A DNA stretch of 64,000 nt from Candidatus Rokuibacteriota bacterium (GCA_023249095.1 JAHFDK010000013.1:28-64027), one strand, 5' to 3'. Shown: positions 36,404 through 44,399, counted from the first letter of the stretch. Notes: generated by a model not told the origin, from the sequence alone. Numbers and translations: made by a program.

Positions 36404-37573
36404 TCACCCCCCACGCCGATAGCAGAGCTTCGTTCCTTCTTGAAGGCCGAGGCTCACGAGGCGCAGAACGCGGCGGGGATATAGAAGCCAGGACGGAGTC
36501 ATGGGATAGTGCCGCGCCAGGACGTGTCGCTGTGGGAAGCCGAGCTCCGCCAGGTACGCTGCTTTCCCAATCACCCCAGGGATCGAGAGCGCCACCAGCA
36601 GCTCGCCAGGAGTCTCCACTCCTCTTCGCCTCGCGACGAGGCGAATGAACGCCCGCTCCAGCGGGCCGAGGGCAGGCAGCGCTCCGCGCACCGCGTCCGG
36701 CAGCTCCAGACGACCCAACAGCCTGTCGAGGACAGAGACGGCGTAAGCGAGGGGTCGCAAGGCCCCCGAGGCTCGAGCTTGCCCCAGCAGAGACGGCCAG
36801 GGCGCCGCCCGCAGCACGAGGGCGAGGTCAACCAGCCAGATCAGACGAGAGTATGAATGCTTGAGCGCGTGCACGACAAGCTGGAGCCGCAGGTGGACCG
36901 GTGAGAGGACGAGCGTCGTCGTGTCGCCTGGCTCCAGTGGCGTGGCCTCGCGCCAGAGGGCGGCAGGGTCCAGGCGAAAGGCGCGCGCCTTGCGGCCGAC
37001 CCATTCGCTCCCGACGATCTCCGTGTGGAGGTCGAACGAGACCACGCCTCGAGAGAAGAACGGAGATGACGGCGAGACGGGCTCGTAGCCGCGGTGCCGC
37101 AGCCATCCGGTTACCGAGGGCAGGTCCGACGGGCGCAGGAGCAGATCGATGTCGCCCAGGGGGCGCAGGCCCACGTGACCCCGATACTCGTCGTCGAGCA
37201 ACGCCGCACCCTTCAACACGATCACCTGGCGGCGGTTTTGGCGCAACATCGCGCGCAGCGCCGCCAGCTCGGACAGGGCCGACATGTTGCTGGCGGCGAC
37301 AGCCCGCGTCGCGGCACGCCAGCGATCGAGGTGTGGGACCAGACCCTCGTGCTGTGCCAGGCCCTCGAGCGCTCGGGCGACGAGTCCTGTGACCCCCTCG
37401 CGCTCCGCCTGCTCGAGGAGCGCGGACCATTGCAGGCCGCCGCGGAGAAGCCCGACCAGCTCGTCCTCGATGCTAGCGCCGAGGAACCACCGGACGGCCC
37501 CCACGAGCACCTGCGTCTCGCGCGAGAGCGCGATCTCGGCTGCGGGCAAGACCGCTCCCCTCACTCCCTGCAA
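36404..37573 (-). CDS. Uncharacterised nucleotidyltransferase family protein (NTP_transf_5-like)
   Basis: 'VIVLKGAALLDDEYRGHVGLRPLGDIDLLLRPSDL' and 'DLHTEI' match the family that accompanies HPrK-like kinases in lasso-peptide clusters. The start codon is uncertain (TTG 37573 or GTG 37564). Confidence 0.65.
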   Translation of the reverse strand: MQGVRGAVLPAAEIALSRETQVLVGAVRWFLGASIEDELVGLLRGGLQWSALLEQAEREGVTGLVARALEGLAQHEGLVPHLDRWRAATRAVAASNMSALSELAALRAMLRQNRRQVIVLKGAALLDDEYRGHVGLRPLGDIDLLLRPSDLPSVTGWLRHRGYEPVSPSSPFFSRGVVSFDLHTEIVGSEWVGRKARAFRLDPAALWREATPLEPGDTTTLVLSPVHLRLQLVVHALKHSYSRLIWLVDLALVLRAAPWPSLLGQARASGALRPLAYAVSVLDRLLGRLELPDAVRGALPALGPLERAFIRLVARRRGVETPGELLVALSIPGVIGKAAYLAELGFPQRHVLARHYPMTPSWLLYPRRVLRLVSLGLQEGTKLCYRRGG

Positions 37574-38514
37574 TGCTCGAGGATCGCCGCCTGCACCGCG
37601 GGTAGTCGAGACAGATCGCGGCGGAAGGCGAGCCGGTAGACGAGCGAGGGGCGCGCCGCGACGCGGCCGATCGAGTCGAACTCGTCGCGCAGACGGGTTC
37701 GGTCGTCGAGATCCAGCCGGTAGGTGTGCTTGACGAGCTCGATGAACGCTTCACGCGGCGCGAGGGCCGTGATGCTGACGGCGCAAGGGCGCGCGGTCGG
37801 CTCCGGGTGGCCGAGGACGTACATGCGTCGCACGGGCACGGGCTCCCGGCTGAACGGCCACGGGCCCCCACCGACGGAGATCTGCTGCTTGCCGCCCTGC
37901 GGCGCGACCTCGTGCACCGCGAGGCCACCGGTCCCGAGCGCCGCCAGCACGTCGGGCCACAGCCGGATCTCGGGGTAGCTGGGAACGCCCGCCAGCGTGC
38001 TGCCGTCCTCGACGAGCAGGAGGCCGTCGTCCGTGAGGAGCGGGAACGATCGCCGCACGAAGCTCGTGCTCAGCGTCGACTTGCCCTGGCCGGCCGCGCC
38101 GAGAAAGGCGATGGCGCCGTGCGGGGTCGCGATGGCGCTCGCGTGCAGGACGAGCCGGCCCCGCTGGCTCAGCGCAAGAGGCAGCACCTGGGCCAGGAAG
38201 AGATGCGCGACGAGCCGCCCCCGCGTGCCTCGCCGCGGGACACAGCGCACCTGCTGCCCGTCGCGCGACACCAGGAAGACGGCGCGACCGGGAAACCTCA
38301 CGAGGAAGCCCGATCGACAGCGGCCGATGGTCAGGGAGATCGTCCCATTCGGCAGGCGAAGCGTATGGCGACGACCGATCAATCGTTCCCTGATCGGGCC
38401 GCGACGCCGCTCGAGCACGCAATCGAGCGGCTTGCCGGCGACCTCAGGGAGCCCCGGCAGCGGCACGTTGCTCGCGACGACGAGCCCGAACGCGGAATAC
38501 GCGGTCACGCCCAA
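37561..38514 (-). CDS. HPr-kinase-C-like serine kinase (lasso-cluster type)
   Basis: 'LVLHASAIATPHGAIAFLGAAGQGKSTLSTSF' (P-loop) and 'LLTDDGLLLV' resemble the HprK C-terminal domain. The N-terminus 'AYSAFGLVVASNVPLPGL' is typical of the RiPP-associated subgroup. Confidence 0.7.
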   Translation of the reverse strand: MGVTAYSAFGLVVASNVPLPGLPEVAGKPLDCVLERRRGPIRERLIGRRHTLRLPNGTISLTIGRCRSGFLVRFPGRAVFLVSRDGQQVRCVPRRGTRGRLVAHLFLAQVLPLALSQRGRLVLHASAIATPHGAIAFLGAAGQGKSTLSTSFVRRSFPLLTDDGLLLVEDGSTLAGVPSYPEIRLWPDVLAALGTGGLAVHEVAPQGGKQQISVGGGPWPFSREPVPVRRMYVLGHPEPTARPCAVSITALAPREAFIELVKHTYRLDLDDRTRLRDEFDSIGRVAARPSLVYRLAFRRDLSRLPAVQAAILEHCRE

Positions 38515-39672
38515 CTACACCGCGTAGCGCGAGACGACCTCGGTGACGAAGGCGGCGGCTTCGGCGGGCGACTGGAAGATGGCTGGGTGGCGACGATGGA
38601 CCTCGCGCTCGATGTCGCCCAGGGCCCGCCGACCATCGCAGAGCTCGAGGACGGACCGGCGCGCCTGGCCCCAGGGAGAGAGCCGCGGCACGAACTGGAG
38701 ATCGGTCCGCTCCAGGTCTTCTTTGCAGAGGAGCATTCCCTGGAAGGTGGAGTGAGCGAACCGCCCTTTGCTCGCCGGGTCTGGTCCGCGCCCGGCGCGA
38801 CCGTCCCTTACGTCGACGGTCCAGCTCACGACGCCGGCGGCGGGAAGGATCCGCAGCCTCACGCCGATCTGGTCGTGCTCTTCGAGCGCGACCGGGCGGG
38901 CGATCGGAAAGAAAACCTGTCTCCGGAAGATCGGCCGCGCCGCGAGCGGGGAGTTGGTCAGGGTGACGCTCGGCGAGAGCTGCGCCTCGAACCAGCCGCC
39001 GATCCCGTGAAGGGCCCCGGGCCGCCCCGCCACGAGGACGACCTCGGCGCCCAGAGCGGCCGTCGACGCCGTCGAGAGCCTGACCGAGATCGCCCGCGCC
39101 GGAGCTCCGAGCATGTGTGCCGGGTCGAACCTGGCCGGATAACCGGTGTTCGCGGCGATCGCGAGCGCCGGGTGGAAGTCGTAGCCGGCGGGCGTCCGCC
39201 CCCAAAAATCCACCTGCCCGAAGAGCTCGCCACTTTCCACGGGCGCCACGACCAGCCCGATCTCGCCAGGAATCATCACCCCGTCCGGCTTCAGGAAACG
39301 CGCCCGAGCGTCTGCAAAGTACTCGAGGATGCCCGACTCGAAGCCAAAGCGCCCGATCTGGTCGGCGAGGACCACGTCGACTCGCTCTGGCAGCTCCACG
39401 CGGGTCGAGAGTCCCTTGATGTGCGTGATGCGATCCTGAAATCCGTTGACCCAGGCGATTTCCCGGGCGAGGCCGATAATCGGCCCCTCGTCGACAGCGT
39501 AGACACGCTTGGCCCCGGCGCGGCAGGCCATGAGTCCGAGAATCCCGGTGCCCGCGCCGAGATCCAGCACCACGTCGCCGGGCGTGACAACTTCATCGAT
39601 CGCCTGCCGGAAGGCGGACACGCGGACCGCGTCGGCGAGATATTGACGATGCTCGTCGAGGACGAGCGACAT
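38515..39672 (-). CDS. Class I SAM-dependent methyltransferase of PRMT type with a C-terminal PqqD/RRE-like segment
   Basis: 'DAVRVSAFRQAI', 'VVLDLGAGTGILGLMACRAGAKRVYAVD', 'VDVVLADQIGRFGFESGILEYFADARARFLKPDGVMIP' (PRMT motifs I, post-I and a double-acidic loop as D...E). The C-terminal 'RLSPWGQARRSVLELCDGRRALGDIEREVHRRHP...AAAFVTEVVSRY' resembles the helical part of PqqD. Confidence 0.75.
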   Translation of the reverse strand: MSLVLDEHRQYLADAVRVSAFRQAIDEVVTPGDVVLDLGAGTGILGLMACRAGAKRVYAVDEGPIIGLAREIAWVNGFQDRITHIKGLSTRVELPERVDVVLADQIGRFGFESGILEYFADARARFLKPDGVMIPGEIGLVVAPVESGELFGQVDFWGRTPAGYDFHPALAIAANTGYPARFDPAHMLGAPARAISVRLSTASTAALGAEVVLVAGRPGALHGIGGWFEAQLSPSVTLTNSPLAARPIFRRQVFFPIARPVALEEHDQIGVRLRILPAAGVVSWTVDVRDGRAGRGPDPASKGRFAHSTFQGMLLCKEDLERTDLQFVPRLSPWGQARRSVLELCDGRRALGDIEREVHRRHPAIFQSPAEAAAFVTEVVSRYAV

Positions 39673-39709
39673 CAGACCGCCGGCACCGGCATGCTGGCGC
39701 GCCGCTCCA

Positions 39710-39865
39710 TCAGAGGCACGCCATCATCATGGGGCCCCCGTCGCCGAGGCTCGCCGTGCCCGAATGCGTCAGCTTCTCGACGGGTCCGTACTCGATCAAT
39801 CGGGGCTTCACGTAAGGCTTCTTCGAGGGTCCGAGCGTCACGTCCTGAGTCGGCTCCTCCTTCAT
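39710..39865 (-). CDS. Lasso-peptide precursor (51 aa): leader of 34 aa plus predicted core SGTASLGDGGPMMMACL
   Basis: 'MKEEPTQDVTLGPSKKPYVKPRLIEYGPVEKLTH|SGTASLGDGGPMMMACL'. The leader fits YxxPxLxxxGxxxxxTx exactly (Y-17, P-14, L-12, G-8, T-2). Asp sits at core position 8. A strong SD 'gaggag' lies 5 nt before the ATG, 17 nt after the cyclase stop. In the track it is the last 51 codons of the 373-aa ORF 39710-40831. Confidence 0.75.
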   Translation of the reverse strand: MKEEPTQDVTLGPSKKPYVKPRLIEYGPVEKLTHSGTASLGDGGPMMMACL

Positions 39866-39882
39866 AATGTCTCCTCGTTGGC

Positions 39883-41772
39883 CTACGCCGCGCGTGACGC
39901 GGGAAACATGGTCCTGTACCACTGTTCTGTCGCGAGGATCATCCAGAGGGGTCCAAGACATCCGCGGTCGCCACGATGCAGGCGCCGGTACATCTCCCTG
40001 ACCCGCTCGCCGCGCACGAACCCGTCGGCCTCCAGGCGGAGCCGGGCGAACGCCTCGGCGGCGCCCTCGCGCTCGAGCGACGCAGCGTAAAGGTACGTGA
40101 AGTCGCCTTTGGTCGTGCGGCGTGCCACGGAGGAGGGAAGAAGATCTCCCGCCGCTCGGCGCAGGATGAACTTCGTCTCGGTGCCGCGCCAGCGCTGCTC
40201 CTCGGGCAGCGCCAGGGCGAACTCGATGAGCCGCCGGTCGTTGAAGGGGAACCGGCTCTCCATGGACCGGCGCCTCTCGAACCGGTCCACCATTTCGTAC
40301 TCGGCGGCGCTCCAGCCGCTCTGCAGCTGGCGGTGGATGGCGCGCTGGGCGAACGTCGGGAACCGAGGCGTGGCGACGTCCCGCGCGAGCCGTTCTTGGA
40401 GGCCGACGCGCCGGGCGAAGTCGGGCGCGATCCAGTCCGGGACGTCCCAGCTTCGGAAGCGCCGCACGAGCCGTTTGGCCGGGCGCGGAGCCAGCGGCAT
40501 CACACACCATCTGATTGCATCCGCCAGGCCGACCGGCGGGCCGCCCAGCAAATTCAAGGAGCGAATATCGTCGCGGACCCGGCGCGCGAGCGCGACCAGA
40601 CGCACCCGGCGGAGCAGATCGGCGCAGTGAGCAGTGTCGCCGGTAAGCCACTCGTCGCCGCCGTAGCCCCAGAGTGCGGTCCGGGCGCCACGTCGATGCG
40701 CCTCGGTGAGCAGGAGTCCCCAGGGGTGCGTGTTGGGGAGATCCGGAAAGTCCCGCAGGTCGGCGACCTGCTCGGCCAGCGAGGGCGAGACCGCGTCGTC
40801 GGCCCTCACGTGGCGCACCGGCAACTCCCACATCCTCGCAACGTCGTCGACCCAGCCTCGCTCGTCCGCGTCCGCGTGCGTGAAGTCGAGGGAGTACGCC
40901 TCGAATCCCCGTCCGGGTGCGTGGCCGTCACGAGCAAGCCGGGCGGCGACGCCGACGATCGACGAAGAGTCGAGCCCCCCGCTCAGGAACACCGCGACGG
41001 GGGTGACGCTCCGGAGCCGACAGTGCACCGCCTCGCGGAAGATCTCGATGAAGTGCTCCGCGTACTCGTCGTCCGAGCGATACCGGATCTCGCGGCGCGG
41101 ATCGACGTCGAAGTAGCGCGCCGTGCGGACGCGACCGTCCTCGACGATCAGGACGTGGCCCGGCGCCAGGCGCAGGATCCCACGATAGAGGGTCTCCTCG
41201 AGGTCGACGAGGCGACTGCTCAAATACTCACCCACGACCCCCTCGTTCGGTTCTGGGCCGAGCGGCAGGTTGTCGAGCAGCTGGCGCAGCTCCGAGCCCC
41301 ACATGAAGGTCTGGCCGTGGGTGCAGTAGTAGAACGGCCGGATCCCGAGGGGGTCGCGGGCGCAGAAGAGCCGGCGGCGCCGGCGGTCCCAGATCGCGAA
41401 CGCGAAGTCGCCGACGATCCGTGAGGCGCAGCCGTCGTCCCAGAGGGCGTAGGACTGCAGCACGAGCTCGGCGTCGGTGTCAGTCCGGAGATGGACGCCC
41501 GCGGCTCGCAGCCATGCGGCGAGCTGAGCACGATTGTCGACCCGGCCGTCGAGCACGAGGCAGAGGGTTTCGCTCTCGTCGAGCAACGGCTGCTTCTCAC
41601 CCAGCGACTCCGGCGTCGTGCGCGAGATGCGGTGCCCGAGGCCCGCAGACCCGTCCGTCCAGTAGCCCTCGCCGTCCGGGCCGCGGTGCGCGACCGCCGC
41701 AGTCATCTTCCTGAGAAGCGTGACGTCGACCGGACGACCGTGGGGGGCGTACACGCCGGCGAGACCGCTCAC
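39883..41772 (-). CDS. Lasso-peptide cyclase (asparagine-synthetase B homolog, C protein)
   Basis: 'DGRVDNRAQL', 'GDFAFAIWDRRRRRLFCARDPLGIRPFYY' and the PP-loop 'VFLSGGLDSSSIV'. The N-terminus 'VSGLAGVY' lacks the Cys nucleophile, as in lasso cyclases. The GTG start at 41772 overlaps the B2 stop (GTGA). Confidence 0.9.
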   Translation of the reverse strand: MSGLAGVYAPHGRPVDVTLLRKMTAAVAHRGPDGEGYWTDGSAGLGHRISRTTPESLGEKQPLLDESETLCLVLDGRVDNRAQLAAWLRAAGVHLRTDTDAELVLQSYALWDDGCASRIVGDFAFAIWDRRRRRLFCARDPLGIRPFYYCTHGQTFMWGSELRQLLDNLPLGPEPNEGVVGEYLSSRLVDLEETLYRGILRLAPGHVLIVEDGRVRTARYFDVDPRREIRYRSDDEYAEHFIEIFREAVHCRLRSVTPVAVFLSGGLDSSSIVGVAARLARDGHAPGRGFEAYSLDFTHADADERGWVDDVARMWELPVRHVRADDAVSPSLAEQVADLRDFPDLPNTHPWGLLLTEAHRRGARTALWGYGGDEWLTGDTAHCADLLRRVRLVALARRVRDDIRSLNLLGGPPVGLADAIRWCVMPLAPRPAKRLVRRFRSWDVPDWIAPDFARRVGLQERLARDVATPRFPTFAQRAIHRQLQSGWSAAEYEMVDRFERRRSMESRFPFNDRRLIEFALALPEEQRWRGTETKFILRRAAGDLLPSSVARRTTKGDFTYLYAASLEREGAAEAFARLRLEADGFVRGERVREMYRRLHRGDRGCLGPLWMILATEQWYRTMFPASRAA

Positions 41773-42278
41773 GGCGCGCGCTCGCGGGGGGCGATGGTTG
41801 CGGACGTGGGCAGCCAGGAGGGCATGCGGACGAGCACGGCGTAGCTCGCGGGCCCGGGGTCCGCGCCGACGACGGCCCCGCCGAGCTCCACCCAGGCGTG
41901 GCCCTCGAGCGGCCCGCGGGCCTTCGTGACGCCAACGACCAACTGCGCCGGCAGCCCGCGTCGCTTGAGGAGCGACAAGACGACCAGCGCCTTCGCGAGG
42001 CACGTGGGCCTCGGCCGCCAGCAGCGGGCGGCGACCTCCACGAGCCAGGCCGTGCGCGGCGCGCCACGGGGATAGTCCTCGGCGCAACGACGGCGTGCCG
42101 GGGACAGCGCCTCGACAAGAGCGAGCGCTCGCCGGAGTCCGACGAGCCGCAGACCAACGCTGACGGGCGGCAGGAGGACCAGCGCGCGGGCGAGGAGCGC
42201 CCAGTCGTCTCGCGGAAGTCTCGCAACGCCGAGGAGCGCACGCGTGAACCGGGCGCTACGCGGACTTCGCGGCGACAC
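41769..42278 (-). CDS. Lasso-peptide leader peptidase B2 (transglutaminase-like Cys protease)
   Basis: 'RPTCLAKALVVLSLLKRRGLPAQLVVGV' and 'EGHAWVELGG' give the Cys/His pair of the Transglut_core3 family. Confidence 0.8.
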   Translation of the reverse strand: MSPRSPRSARFTRALLGVARLPRDDWALLARALVLLPPVSVGLRLVGLRRALALVEALSPARRRCAEDYPRGAPRTAWLVEVAARCWRPRPTCLAKALVVLSLLKRRGLPAQLVVGVTKARGPLEGHAWVELGGAVVGADPGPASYAVLVRMPSWLPTSATIAPRERAP

Positions 42279-42549
42279 GCGTCAGTCCTTTCGCGCACAG
42301 ATGGTCGACGAGCTCGAGTAGATCACGTTCGAGCACGGCGGGAGCGGCGTCGTACTCCGAGCGCAGCACCGCGAATACCGTGCCGAGGGATCCGTGATCT
42401 TCGATGAGCCGCCAGGTTCGCGCGCCCACGTCGTCGAGCCCGAAATAGACTCCCGTCTCGAGATTGAGGATCACAATCTCGCCGTCCAGCTCGCGGAACG
42501 TGATGTCAGGATTGATCGTCACCACGGAGGCCAGCGTGGACCTGCTCAT
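42256..42549 (-). CDS. Lasso-peptide B1 protein (PqqD-family RiPP recognition element)
   Basis: 'ITFRELDGEIVILNLETGVYFGLDDVGARTWRLIEDHGSLGTVFAVLRSEYDAAPAVLERDLLELVDHLCAKGL' is a canonical PqqD/RRE. ATG 42549 (SD 'gaggaa') is preferred over ATG 42585. Confidence 0.8.
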   Translation of the reverse strand: MSRSTLASVVTINPDITFRELDGEIVILNLETGVYFGLDDVGARTWRLIEDHGSLGTVFAVLRSEYDAAPAVLERDLLELVDHLCAKGLTRVAAKSA

Positions 42550-42569
42550 TGGCACCGTTCCTCGCACCG

Positions 42570-42598
42570 AATCTTCCACACTCATGGATTGAAATCAA
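42570..42598 (-). promoter_or_regulatory. Candidate promoter of the lasso operon
   Basis: Minus strand: TTGATT (42598-42593), 17 nt, AAGATT (42575-42570). This would place the upstream ATG 42585 inside the spacer and supports the 42549 start. The match is weak. Confidence 0.3.
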
Positions 42599-42750
42599 GG
42601 GAGCGCGCGCCACCGTGTCATCGGCATCTCGTGTATGGCACGATGGGCAGACTGTGCAGGGCGGGAGGATCACGCGCATCGTTGAGCCCGGGCTCGGTCC
42701 GCAGGGGCGGTCCGCGTCGTGGACGTGTGGAGCGATTTGATGGCCACGCC

Positions 42751-44367
42751 ATGACGGCGCCAACGCGATGGCCCGAGGCCCGCGCGACGCGTGGGCTCGT
42801 CGCCACGCCGCACGCGCTCGCCTCCGAGGCCGCATTGGCGGTCCTGCAGCGCGGTGGCAACGCCGTGGACGCGGCCATCGCCGCCGCGACCACCGTCGCC
42901 GTCGTCTACCCGCACATGAACGGTGTGGGTGGTGACAGCTTCTGGTTGATCTACGACGGCCGGCGTCACACGCTCCGCGCGCTGAACGCCGCAGGTCGCT
43001 CGGCCGCGGCCGCCGACCTCGACACCTACCGCGCGCGGTTCGGTTCGGCGATCCCCGTGCGCGGCGGGGCGGCGGCGCTGACCGTTCCGGGGGTCGTATC
43101 CGGCTGGTGGGAGGCTCACGTCCTGAGCCGCGACGTGCTGGACTCACCGATCGACTGGCACACCCTCCTCGAGGACGCGATCGCCCACGCCCGCGACGGC
43201 TTTCCGCCGTCGCCGGGCCAGCGGCGTGAGACCGCGGACGCCGCCGACCTCTTCGGCGGCGCGGCGCCCGCCGAGTTGCGGGCCCCGCTCTGGCGCATCT
43301 ACCATCCCGCGCTCCTGGCGCGCGAGCGCTTCGTGCAGGCGGACCTCGCGACGACCCTCGAAGAGATCGCGCGGGGTGGCGCCGACGCGTTCTATCGCGG
43401 CCCGCTCGCCAGGCGGATCGCGCTGGGCGCGGCGGCTGCCGGCAGCCCGCTGACGGGCGACGATCTGGCCCGGCACCAGGCCGAGTGGGTGGACCCGCTG
43501 CGCGTTCCTTACCGGGGCGGCGAGGCGGTGAGCTGTCCGCCGCCGACCCAGGGCTTCGCCGCGCTCGCGATTCTGTCGTTGCTCGAGGGCTTCGACGTCT
43601 CCGCCCTCGGCGAGGCCGACTACGTCCACCTCGTCGTCGAGGCGACGAAGCTCGCGTTCGAGGACCGCGACCGTTACCTCGCCGACCCGACGTTCTCCGC
43701 GGTACCCGTCGAGCGCTGCCTGGATCCGGCGCGCCTCGCCGAACGCCGCCGGGGGATTTCGCGACGGGTGGCGATGCGCGCGGCCGGCGCGCCCGCGAGG
43801 GGCGACACGATCGCCATCGTCACGGCCGACGCACACGGGAATGCGGTGTGCCTGATCCAGAGCCTCTACTGGGAGTTCGGCTCGGGGGTGATCGCCGGGG
43901 ACACCGGCGTGCTCCTGCAGAACCGGGGCGCGTTCTTCTCGCTCGACCCGGCGCACGTGAACCGACTGGCGCCACGCAAGCAGCCCGCGCACACGCTCAT
44001 CCCGTCGATGTATCTGGTGGACGGCCGCCCGCGCCTCGTCTACGGCACGATGGGCGGCGAAGGGCAGCCGCAGACACAGGCGGCGCTCGTGACGCGGATG
44101 GTCGATCGGGGCCTCGGCCCGCAGGCGGCGGTCGAAGCTCCGCGCTGGCTCTTCGGGCGCACGTGGGGCGAGGCGACGCAGTCGCTCAGGCTGGAGGCGC
44201 GGTTCGGTGACGAAGTGACCCAGTCGCTCCGGGAGCGCGGTCATGACGTGAGCGTCGTCGAGGACTGGAGCGATCTGATGGGCCATGCCCAGGTCATTCG
44301 TGTCGATCCCGACGGGCTCAGCGGCGGCTCCGACCCGCGCGCCGACGGCGCCGCGCTCGGAGTTTGA
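42751..44367 (+). CDS. ggt: Gamma-glutamyltransferase family protein
   Basis: 'GGNAVDAAIAAATTVAVVYPHMNGVGGDSFWLIYD', the nucleophile context 'RGDTIAIVTADAHGNAV', and 'GTMGGEGQPQTQ'. Start moved to ATG 42751. Confidence 0.9.
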   Translation: MTAPTRWPEARATRGLVATPHALASEAALAVLQRGGNAVDAAIAAATTVAVVYPHMNGVGGDSFWLIYDGRRHTLRALNAAGRSAAAADLDTYRARFGSAIPVRGGAAALTVPGVVSGWWEAHVLSRDVLDSPIDWHTLLEDAIAHARDGFPPSPGQRRETADAADLFGGAAPAELRAPLWRIYHPALLARERFVQADLATTLEEIARGGADAFYRGPLARRIALGAAAAGSPLTGDDLARHQAEWVDPLRVPYRGGEAVSCPPPTQGFAALAILSLLEGFDVSALGEADYVHLVVEATKLAFEDRDRYLADPTFSAVPVERCLDPARLAERRRGISRRVAMRAAGAPARGDTIAIVTADAHGNAVCLIQSLYWEFGSGVIAGDTGVLLQNRGAFFSLDPAHVNRLAPRKQPAHTLIPSMYLVDGRPRLVYGTMGGEGQPQTQAALVTRMVDRGLGPQAAVEAPRWLFGRTWGEATQSLRLEARFGDEVTQSLRERGHDVSVVEDWSDLMGHAQVIRVDPDGLSGGSDPRADGAALGV

Positions 44368-44372
44368 TGGAC

Positions 44373-44399
44373 ATGGGGGGCCCCGACAAGGCCCCCCAT
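44373..44399. terminator. Perfect 10-bp-stem hairpin between convergent ggt and the cytochrome gene
   Basis: 'atggggggcc' / loop 'ccgacaa' / 'ggccccccat', 6 nt after the ggt stop. There is no T-tract, so it is intrinsic-terminator-like rather than canonical. Confidence 0.5.

Noticed and set aside
39866-40831. The upstream 322 codons of the 373-aa ORF 39710-40831
   Set aside because: This part lies in an alternate frame of the lasso cyclase gene and is Arg/Gly/Pro-rich. Only the last 51 codons, which have their own SD and ATG after the cyclase stop, look genuine.
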